This document shows, in pieces, positions 52,993-64,000 of a stretch of DNA of 64,000 nt (positions within the stretch are counted from its first letter, which is position 1; each line of letters begins with the position of its first letter). The translations under genes were made by a program, and so were the position numbers. A model generated the notes under the pieces. That model was given only the letters and a program-made list of their open reading frames with translations. It searched no databases and was not told the origin of the DNA. Source of the stretch: Botryllus schlosseri (taxonomy: Eukaryota); NCBI GenBank assembly GCA_051294905.1, contig CM119372.1:19780001-19844000 (forward strand). The letters are read 5' to 3'.

Positions 52993-55900
52993 ATGGCAAG
53001 CCGCGATGATATGTATAAAGTTACACTCAAGTCATGGCTTTACGAAAGAATTAATGAGAATGTAAGGGAGGAAAGGTACAAAGGCCTGAAATGGATTGAT
53101 GAAGATAATCTGATCTTCCAACTGCCGTGGGTTACTGAAAATGATCCACATTGGAGGGATTATTACAAACTTTTTCATGTATGTATACCAGTTTCTTCAT
53201 ACATATTATATATATATATATATTCAGTTGTTTCCCAAAAACTATTAGCGTTTGTGTATCATGTGTGCATGTATAGGTTTAGGCCTGTGTATAGCAGTTG
53301 TGGGCAGCTTCTCCAATCTGCCGACCTTCTATTGAATAATGTCACCAAGACTCAATCCTTTGTGAAACAGTAAACACAGATAGCGTTACTTTGTCCTAGT
53401 CCTAGAATGAAGACTAGCCGCTGCTCCGCTAAATTCTTCCAGATCTGGCGTTTGGGCCATATGTAGCTTATGTTACCCTAGCTATATATAATACAAGCAA
53501 GACGGTATATTATTTTTTATCTTGCATCAAGATTAGGTTGTTTATTGGAAATATAGTAATCAACCACTATTTAACTATCATTTCGTAGCAATCTTAAGAG
53601 TCATTATTTCAGTACAACACTTTCATTCGCTTACTGCCGACAATCACGGTAGATATCATTCCTGATCCTGACTATTTTAATTGATCTCAGACGTTCATTG
53701 TACGGTATAGCTAATTTTTCAGTATGTCGCAATGCCTAATTTTGTGAGATCAGCAATCAATCGCACTTGATAGCAATCCCCCAGCATCGCCAAGGGACGC
53801 GGTAGGGAAATGTATGTTGGGTTACTTGGTAGCCTGTGAAATTATTGATACCGGTGGTAGACTTACGGTATACTTAACTCAGCGTAGCAATTAAATGTAG
53901 CAATCCCCGCATAAAGTCCTTGTCCTGACATCTTTACGCATTTAATACGATTGTGCCTCTTTCAAATATATTTCGTCAGAGATAGCAGTGGGTATGCATG
54001 GTCTCATACTGAGATCAGAGAGGCACAAATTTAAAATATAAACTTAACCAGGGGTCGGCAATCTTTTGTATGCAGCGTGTCAAAATATGAACAGCTGGCA
54101 TGGCAAGTATTTTGACTTTTGTCATATTTATCATATCAAGCAGAAAATCCCACCATTTTTTGTTAAGCTACCATAAAACTCATAAGAAAAAGTTGAAATA
54201 ATAAACCGAGTTTTCGAATTTGAGAATATCTTACTGGCATTATGGTATTTCTTACCGAAATTCGGAGCATCAGCAAAATGCTGTCAGTACACATAAGTAA
54301 ACATATATGTAGGAAGTATCTTGGTGTGTTCTTCAATGGTAATAACCAATAACCTATACTGGTACGAAATTATTAAGATGGTACAGAACAGATACGTTAC
54401 AACTCGGTGTCCCAGTGTGCAGCAGAACGCAACTGAACGCAGAATCCATATAACGCAGAGCGAATGTTTGTAGTTGTATAATTGACTCCAGAAGATTGCG
54501 TTTACAATTCGCTGCGTGTTCTTCTTTTGACGGACCGGCGTAACCACGCCGTATGGCCTTGTTGGCTGACGTACCACGAAGCCTGTCTATGGCACACGTA
54601 TTCGATGGATCACACTGACGAATATGTTTTGTTTCTGTCTCCACGACTTGTAACTTTATTGAATCACGCACGGCAATGCCACGGACTTTTGAATCAGCGA
54701 ATAATCATGAATGAAATGAATGTCTACGTGGTATTACATGCGTATATAAATTATAGCCACGAGAGAATATATGCACAAAACATCCTACGATATATTTCTC
54801 ATATCTTTATTCACGCGAATCACAAAGGTCTTATCGGGTTTTCACTTCAGGGAATTAAGTAAGTTCCACAACACTCCCTATTGCTCAAATCTTAAAATGG
54901 CGTTAACAATATATTTCGTTAAAAGTTCCCCCTTCGTACCAAAAGAACTTGGTGTAAAAAAAACGAATATATTGTTCAAAATGTTACACCTAGGGTCATA
55001 ACTAATCATAGGGACTGGAGACAGGAAATGATTTTATATACAGGGGTAAAGTAACTAATAAAACGAAATACCATCATAACATAGTATTCGGCTGATCTTG
55101 AAATGACTCGAAGTAACATCATTCTGTTCGTGCGGACTACTGAAATACAGATCAACATCATTAGGCGTTCGTAAAGCAACAAATATCACTTGATACCTCA
55201 AAACAATACATACACGATATCACGGCAACATTGAAATATACATATAATTCAGCATTCAGAAAACCGATAATATCACTCGCACGCCAACTAATCAGCAAGA
55301 TACTGTTATGGGTATAAAAAGGCCTAAATTTCACTTGCAATCATTTTATCCTGAATTGATATGAAACTTCCTAATTCATATCACGTAGCATTTAACATTG
55401 GTATATACCAACAGAACGAGAGTGTGCCCTATTTATTGTATTATATGCAAAGCAAGGTTTGCAAATATCATGCACTACCGCGGTGCATATTTTTCTCAAT
55501 GATATACTCAATATAAGGGTATCGTTGTAGGGCAGAGGCCTAATATCTCTTCATAAGGCTTGCAATATATCATCATTCATCACACATACATATCAAGCTA
55601 TTCAGCTATGGCACGAAGTTCTTCGGCAACTGCCGCGATCGAGAGCGCGACATGATCGGGGAATTACCTTTTTTATTCGTGTCGCAAAGCCAGTGTGCAG
55701 CAGGCTATATGCTACTTGGGATTTTCCAAATAACTTTCGACCCTGGCTCCAGTCATAGCAGGATGTCTCAGTTGCCATATTCTTAACTCAACTTCAATGT
55801 ACTTGATAGGCTGCTATACCTTTGCCATACCGGTAGTGTTAATCGGTGTAGTATGACAATCGTGAGCTGTTATGGATGACGATTAGAAATAACAAACATT

Positions 55901-58900
55901 ACAAACAATTACTAGGGGAGTTGAAATAAGTCCTGTGGATCTGCTGAACACCTCTTCAATATTTTTCAAGGGTTTTGTTGTTGATATAGGGGGAAATCAC
56001 GAATGCTCAGCATGACTAAATAATAGTGTAGACCAGTGGTTCTCAAACTTTTTTCGTCACGTTCCCCTTGATGATAGTGAAATATTTTGTGCCCCCTTAG
56101 CGTCATATCAAAAAATATTAGAAAGAGCAACAAGAATGTTTGCATTTTGCAATCCCATCGCATTGTTTGGTGGCATGGAAGGTGTTATGGCTGTTGAGAC
56201 ACTTCTCAGTCTAGTTTTAAGCAACATTGACTAGTTTGATTGGCTATAGCTGTAATTCAGTGGTGGTAAACCCCTTGCAAATTCAGTCACTTTAGTTAGT
56301 ACTTTGCTTTTCATAAGATTGTTGCAGTTCCTCCACGTGTCTTTCTGAACTGAGATCATTGTTTTAATCTCTAAAGCGTCGTCAGTGGCCAATTCGGATA
56401 AAGACTTTTGTTCTGTACCCTGTTGTTTGTCATTGTGTTTGTCAATGCTTATATTACAGGACTGGGCGAGGAGAGATGGCGGAGAGTCTACAGACAGTCA
56501 AAAGGCAAAAAGAAATTTCCGGTCCGCGTTAAATCATTCAAAGCATTTTCGCAATTTGAGAGACAAAGGTGAAAATCTACAAACCGGGAGTTACAAAGTC
56601 TACAAGTTTCTCACACAAGATGAGATAGCAAGTACGTAGAAAACGTCGGTCTAAATTAATTCATCTGCAGACCCATTTCATACCTTGTCTCAAATTCAAG
56701 GAGAGAAGCGAGAGAAGCGAAACATTTCAGAGGACAACTCTTCGAGCCCAATGACATTATCACCCGATAGTCAAGGCTTTCAGCAATATACTGATTTTGG
56801 AAAGGGTATCGCAATGGTCCAATCTGATGCAACAAACGGTAAGCTTTCAAGTTGTGTTTCCTGTAATATTGAATTCACGGTATGAGTGTGCATGAAAATT
56901 CGACGCAATCGATAGAGCACATCTTATAATGGAATGCAATCCAGGCTTTGTGATCGTAATAGAATGTGCAATATGCATGGTTGATCATTTTAAGGTGAAA
57001 TCTTGTGATGCTCCATATTATAAAAACTGATTAAAACCAACTTTTAATGCCATTTATTATGCTACTCGGTATGTATTAGTCTTTATGATTAGTAATGGCG
57101 ATAAGAGGGGAATTCCTAGATTTTCAGGACTTTTTACATGATTGACATGCATGAGTTATGAAAGATAGCATTCAGTATATGTTTATGTGACGCTAGACAT
57201 TGGCAGATTTTTTGAGAGACAGTCACTTCTGGACTTTTTTTTATATTCGTAAGGTCTTAATTTCAAATCTACTCCGTCACTAAATTCTTCGTTAGAGCCG
57301 TGCATATCAATTATACGGTGCGCAACCGCATCCAGCCCTCTGGACGATTTTATCTGGCCCACAATGCAACTCGGAGTAACAGAGCAAATCGCTAGTATTA
57401 GCCAGCTCATCTTTATCACATGATAGGATACTGCAAGTAAATAATCACGCCACCAAATGTCGAACGTGTTCTTCAGTGTACACCACCGGCACCAAATTCC
57501 GTTCAGTGTTCATACCAACAGCAATATGTTTTTGCATGATGGTAGTAAGTAACTGTTGTATGATATTTTAACACTATACCGTAGTTATTTTTATGCTCCA
57601 ATTTTGTGATATCACAGTTGAACGGTGTCAGCTAAGGAATGTCTACATTCGGGCACTGGTTTTCAAACTTTTTTAGACACGCCGCCCTTTACGATACCGG
57701 TACTGAAAAATTTCGCTCCCCCCTTATCGTGATATTACAGAATGCAACCAGAATGCTAGCAATCCCAAAGGATGGTTTGATGGCATGGTAGGTTATGACT
57801 GCTGATGAGAGAATTCTAAAATATGAAATTCGGACTATACACACAGCAATAACTTGGAATTGGAGGTAAATCGCGCCGAGTGTGAAAATTTTTTTCAATT
57901 GACCGCCGCTTCATGTCCCCCTTCAGATGCTTTCACCCCCTCCCCAGTTTGGGAACCGCTGCTTTAGGGGATCTCAAACATCAGGCCGGCTATGTCACCT
58001 GAATAGAATATTGGTGTCATTTTTAAGGATTACACTTCCATTCAGGCATGCAACTTCAAAATGTGCCAATGCTCCCTGGACAATATGAACGGGCATTCCA
58101 AAACAATTTGAATGCGACACAGCCCTACTGTGATGAAAATCAAGACCGTCCAATACATGTGAGTTTGTGCTCCCGCAACTACAGTGAATGCAAGTGATAA
58201 CTATTGGTTTCTTGCATTTCCAGACAACTATTGCAAGTGAATATACAATCTCTCATGCTGGTAAGTGGGTCTTGCTACAGACATCTAATTACATCTACTG
58301 AGGCAGATGTAAATTTAAAATAAAAACTCATATCCGGGGTCATGACATTGGTGTTAAACTATCTTGGAAATACATCATACTGCCTCTACAGAACTGGTTG
58401 GCAACCGGGGATCCACAAACCCCTAAGGCGTCATTGAGTCTACAGACACTTCAAAGAATATTCATTGAATTGCTTATAGCTGTTAAGCAACAGCTTATGA
58501 GTGCCAAATTGATGTAGGGTTGTGAATTGTTTGCATATTAGCTTGAGCCGAAAGGGTGATTATGTTATTTTTCGATGTTCCTTCCTCGGATTTATTTTTT
58601 TTGATACCAAATGTGAGGTTGCATTTTAATCTTTTTCTGTCATGAAAATCAAGCACAAGATACTGAGGGCAATTGACATTGACGTTGCTGTGGTCCTGTG
58701 GAGTCACATTTTGGGAAGATTAAGTTGATTAACTAAATGGAACATTTTCTTTCGGCGATAGCTTGGCCATGGTTAACTTTGAAACAATGTGAAAAACATG
58801 AACATGGCCAAGATATGGCCGAAAAATATGAAACTTTTACAAAAACATGATTTTCTATAAATTTGGAAGCGACTTTGGTTCCACCGCAATGGTTCCGTGT

Positions 58901-61900
58901 TCCGTTGCGAAAAAGACAACAATTCCATTTCTGGCAAGTTTGTAACAATGTTAATTTTAAAAACGTACCTGTATTCAGTTGAAGTTGTTAGATAATTTTC
59001 AATATTATATAACTAAAAATGCCTTTACGATTTCAAATAATTATTACCACTACAGTGCAATTTTGCAAGATACCGCCTATTGCAAACCGTATTGGATATT
59101 ACAAAAAAAGTTAACATAAAATAGAAACCGTAGTAATGACAGTATTTAGTTCAGAGCCAATCCAATATTACAATATCGAATCCAACTTCAAGCCACAATC
59201 GATCCTAGACCTGAAGACAGTTAGACATCAGCTCCAAATCAACAGAAAGGCCGTAATGAAAGCCAATCGTATTAAGTTTGACTGTTGACTTAAGTCTTGT
59301 CATAAAGTTAAGATTCCTCTGTATATTCACTGCATATACTTTTACATTCTACAAGCTATCTTCTAAATGTAGTGTAGCTTTTCAGTGCCGTTATTTTGCA
59401 ACAAGCTTATACATGTAAGTTCATCTGACAGGTTGTGTTTTTTTTTTCAGGGGTCTGTGAACAGGAAATTCACAATTCAAGCATAGGACAGTTTTCTATG
59501 GATAGCGACATTGCGTTATCGATAACCAGAAATATCTTGGCTCCATATGATCTCGGTATGTAATCGACATGGTATGAATTGCTATACCGTACTGTACTAC
59601 TGTTTTCGCAACTTCGTGAGTCTTCCAAGGTTGTCACACAGGCAGCTATAAATGGATTTTTTTTGGGAAGAATGTCTTGAATAGCACCCTACCAGTATCT
59701 GACTTTTTTCATAACTATTTTTATGGGTACAGCTTACCAGATGCCAGGGTATTGACCACATTGTTTACTACTGGCCATAACTAATGTTGTCATATATTTT
59801 GTAGATCAACTAGTAGCCACCGTGTTTTCTTGTTTTTGCTGCTGTATTTATGACATCATTACATTTATCCAAACATAGCATGGAAAATGGTTAGAATGAG
59901 CTTTGAGAATATAGTTCTCTGACTCACTGTAGCTTATTGGCATGAATACATCTGGGGAACTCCCAAACCTGAATGTAAACTTGTCATGATCGGAAACCAA
60001 GGTAAATGGTTTTGATGCAAATCGTACAGGTTGGAATTTGGAAATAAGGCATATAAAATGGGTGACAGATGTATATTGTGAGAAGCTGTGTATTCTGCGA
60101 TCATGATAATGTCTCTGACATTGAAAGTGGGGTGGAATGTAGAGTGTGTTTAGATGTCCATTACTTTTCGTTGCTTCAATTGACATGGATATAATGATAA
60201 TATTGTGAATGACTTTAAAGTTTCAAATGCGTAATGAGCAATCACGATGATTTTGATATGAGTCCGACTATATCTCTAAAATTCATTCATTGGTTCGTTT
60301 AATTCGTTCATTGGAGTACGTTTCATCATCCCCAAACAAGTTAATATTTTCGACTCAATGCAATGATGGAAACGACTTATTGTGTGCTATTAATCGAACA
60401 GCAACCTACAACAGCATTCAAGCTATTAAAGTCTGCTAATAAAAGTGGCATGCTCACCATGAAAGCAAAGGAGCAGTCATACAATATGCAGACCCCATAA
60501 GCAATTTAATGCTTATTTACATCTGTGTAGTGGCTTTCCAAGATCAGTATCCCGTAAATAGAATCTTGCCAACAATACAAGATGACAGGATAGCATTCTT
60601 TTGTAACCTTTATTGAAACTTATTTTTTGCTGGCAGACATAGCCTCTGGGTCATCTTAAACTGGTGAAATCGAGAATAAATTCTTGCTATTGCTACGCTT
60701 GCCAAAATCATTCTAATATTGCCTAGGTATTTTGTCTGATTAAAATAGAAACTAGTCACAGGGTGCTCACATCACATGTTCTATGACTTGCTTTGCCACT
60801 GGTAGTGCGATGTGACTGATTTGCTTTCAAGAGGAACTAGCATTGCTTTGAATACATCGGAACTTGTCATGCTTTTTCAGGTATGTTAAGTGTTCGTGCC
60901 AACAATGATATTTTGTTTAATGGTAGAGGCCTAACTATTTTGTGGTATTTTAACATATGCGTATATTTTGAATGGTGTCGTGGATGCGGCTTGTTAATTT
61001 GGAAGTAGTTTTACACCATGAGTAATTCACATTCTTTTGAGTGCGTAGATAGATCGGACATTCATTAAATTCGTCTCACCAGGAAAACTTGAAAATTTCA
61101 AATAGCAATCGGTATGAACAGAGAAGGGACGATACTACCGGACACGTATATATCCCAATTTCAGACTCTCCCAGATGCACAGTTTCCTTCTTCTCATTGT
61201 TCTTATTTCATTAATATATTAAGCATAACATACGGACTGAATACTGCTTCATCATCATTACAAGTGTTCTCTTGTTACCAGATACTTCTTATCCAGAGAT
61301 ATCTGATGTCCACTGAACTAGATTATCAGTATCATTTCATTACCAACGCACCATACTACAAGAATATCTATGCTGTCAATAGAAAGGAAATAGTAGCCTA
61401 TTGGTTAAGGCAATCAATCAAACTTCCACCTTCGCCAGCAAATACGATAAAATGTTTGGAACACACCTGTAATTTAATAATGATTGTAACAGGGATATCT
61501 AGAACTGGAACTGAGTTCCAAATATTCCTGGATTGTATTGTTACGTAGATCCATATTGATTACTTCTCAACTGAGATTGGTCTAAAATACTTGAGAGAGC
61601 AGTTTATACAGTGTACACCCACTGACCCACACATATATACATTGCGTAGTGAGATTATTATGAATATGCTCATTTCTGATATAGCTGAAAGTATAATCGT
61701 TTTGTACTTGATAAAACTGAACTGAATCATCTACCTCACTGTAAGAAATGTTTCGCACAAAGCTTCAATGAAATTGGTTTATGAATTTCTATACTGCATG
61801 TAGTCTCTTATTCATGTATCGTACAAAATTTAGAGCAGTAGTCATTTGTTATCAGATAAGCCGTATCTGATAATAGGCTGTTGTTTTATTGCCCATCCAT

Positions 61901-64000
61901 ATATTTATTTTTGTGCTAGCATTAGAAAGTTAAATGTAATTCATGTCCTTGGATTTGCCCATACTGATAATTTTCTGGTTGGATGACACTCCAACAGTTT
62001 AGGTGTGGAATTGGTCAAGGCTGCAACCGCGGGGGAAATTCAATATCATCAACTGTTGAAACTTACTATCAATCTGACGCTAAATTCTTCACTCGTGTGC
62101 ACTAACGTTTCTCGATAGGTCATATCCTAAAGTTGGTATATGCAGTTATTTTGGTCGCAATGCTTCCCGTAACCTACGTATCCTCCTGGAGTAAGCTCGT
62201 CGTTGCGGTACCATAGTGACATCTCAACATCGATGATGTCGACTCCAATTTCCATAACGGTAGAAACTTCCTTGTGGTACCAGAGCTTCCACGGTTACGC
62301 AACACACTATTCAGCATTGCATTTGTTAGCTAAAATCGGTGAGGCGCAAGAGCTTGAAATGTATGTTGCAATGACGAATAGACGGATGTATAATAAATCA
62401 CATACTGTCAAAGTTATATAGCAATCAATATCGATAGCAGTACATAGTTCGATTTGTGCACCTGATATAATCCATATATAGTAATGTATTAGATGTGTAG
62501 TTAGTGTGGTGGGTGTTTGTAACTCAGAGAATACTTAGGTTTCTCAAAAGCCTTGCAGATTGGAGTAGGGATCCCCAGGTTATTAAAGGTTACGAGCCAC
62601 TGCAGTAGGCATAAGTGCAACTCCCAAGTGGCCGAACATGTTGCTGTTGATGTACACTTCATTTTGTTCATCAGTAGGCCTAATCTATAGCACTGGTAAT
62701 TTGTCAGATGTGCAATGTTGTAGAATTTTGTTTCTGTGACTCAAAAAATATCGGAGGTTCGCCGAAGGCTTGCAGATTAGCATAAGCATAACCACTAGGG
62801 CTGTACAAAAATAACTTTTTTTTCCCGATTCAAGCCGGTCACCTCTCAAATCGTCAGGTTGCAGTAGAAAACCTTGCTCACCAAATTTCACTCGATTCCA
62901 ACCAGTAAAGGCCTCCGCAGATCCAATTAAAAATTTTAATTTATTATGGAAAATTAAAAAAAAAATTTCCAAATTTTTCTGCCAACCCCATGAAATTGTT
63001 GAGCTGTCTTCAAAGACGTTGCAAAACAAATTTGAGTCAATTCCGACCAGTAGAAGCGGGGTTATGTGAGTTTTTCGATGATATTTCTCGGATTATCCTT
63101 GATCGGTGGATAATCCGCGATTTATCAACGAAAAACTCACATAACTCCGCTTCTACTGGTCGGAATTGACTCAAATTTGTTTTGCAACGTCTTTGAAGAC
63201 AGCTCAACAATTTCATGGGGTTGGCAGAAAAATTTGGAAAATTTTTTTTTTAATTTTCCATAATAAATTAAAATTTTTAATTGGATCTGCGGAGGCCTTT
63301 ACTGGTTGGAATTGAGTGAAATTTGGTGAGCAAGGTTTTCTACTGCAACCTGACGATTTAAGAGGTGACCGGCTTGAATCGGGGAAAAAAAGTTATTTTT
63401 GAACAGCCTTAATAACCAGTGACCTAAATCAAATGTTTTTGCGCCTAGGTAAGTTTCAGATCACCGTGGAATACAATGGCAAGACTATGAACGTGCAGGA
63501 AATCGACATCAGAGACGACGCCGAATGCAGAATTCTTTACGACGAGACCATCGCGTATCAACAACCACCACCTAGTATCAACCACGTATACCTGCCGCCG
63601 GTGGATGCCCACAACGAACCGGGCCTGCACAAGATTCTAGAAAACATGAAAAGGGGAATACGCGTAACGTGCGACACCAGACGCATGCAGATCAACATCA
63701 GACGCGACTGCCTGGCTCACGCCTACTACTTCACCGTACAAGGCCCGTCGCCCGGCAGCTTACAGGCTATGAGGCGAAAACAAGAGTGCTCCGTGTTCTC
63801 GTTTGAGGTTCTAGCAAACTCGCTCTGCGAGGAACAGCTCGTGGAAGGCAGGCCTCTGCAAGCTTTAACCAGCAATATCGAGATAGTGGTCGGCGTGCAG
63901 CCGAAAGCGGATCAGTTCGGAAAGTCGGTGAAGGGCGTGAAGATAACCCTGCACTCTCTCGCAGTGGTGAAGATGCACAGCACGCCGCTGCAGTCGCACG
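52993..64000 (+). CDS. Interferon regulatory factor (IRF)-like transcription factor, 3'-partial
   Basis: DBD exons 52993-53178 (LKSWLYE..YKGLKWIDEDNLIFQLPW) and 56460-56631 (DWAR..KRNFRSALN..YKVYKFL). Probable linker exons 56701-56838, 58028-58158, 58224-58260, 59451-59555 (phase-consistent, less certain). IAD exon from 63449 to the window end. IRF subfamily not assignable. Confidence 0.88.
62798..63409. mobile_element. Near-perfect 612-bp palindromic MITE (GGGCTGT termini, TA flanks)
   Basis: 62798-63098 is the reverse complement of 63108-63409 with only scattered mismatches; ~9-nt loop ttgatcggt. Confidence 0.92.
63449..64000 (+). CDS. IRF association domain (IAD1, SMAD/FHA-like) exon, open to the window end
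   Basis: After the acceptor gcgcctag: KFQITVEYNGKTMNVQEI..ECRILY..VYLPP..KILENMKRGIRVT..INIRRDCLAHAYY..MRRKQECSVFSF, matching the IAD pattern; no stop codon. Confidence 0.8.

Noticed and set aside
57254..57544. Additional IRF linker exons (also ~59155-59268)
   Set aside because: Open frames exist but splice signals or phases are ambiguous; left out without transcript data
59848..62421. Possible nested gene in the IRF intron (ORFs 59848-60186, 61114-61548, 62203-62421)
   Set aside because: No recognisable motifs and no consistent exon chain on either strand

Overview
Intron-rich animal genomic DNA, not prokaryotic. Many 60-70 nt introns and dense hAT/piggyBac MITEs and tRNA-derived SINEs suggest an invertebrate, possibly an ascidian (inference only). 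Splicing GT..AG introns by hand gives four + strand protein-coding genes: (1) the 3' part of an adhesion GPCR (GAIN/GPS + 7TM, ~629-13385) with an unusually long Ser/Thr-rich third intracellular loop; (2, 3) two intact tandem paralogs (21613-29187, 506 aa; 42442-48093, 512 aa) with identical 8-exon structure, encoding a His-rich multi-pass membrane protein whose core motifs (WYYWKL, YxLHQ, HxxYDGLAQDV, RKYHGY, YTFWYHPME) I recall from an uncharacterised, mostly bacterial family; (4) an IRF-family transcription factor (52993 to beyond the window end) with a divergent DNA-binding domain and an IAD exon. A ~612-bp near-perfect palindromic MITE ends 39 nt before the IAD exon. The remainder is mostly nested non-autonomous DNA transposons with readable target-site duplications (TSDs), a decayed piggyBac, a Myb/SANT remnant, SINEs, a LINE 3' end and minisatellites. 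Most entries of the supplied ORF track are spurious or exon fragments. No database searches were run.
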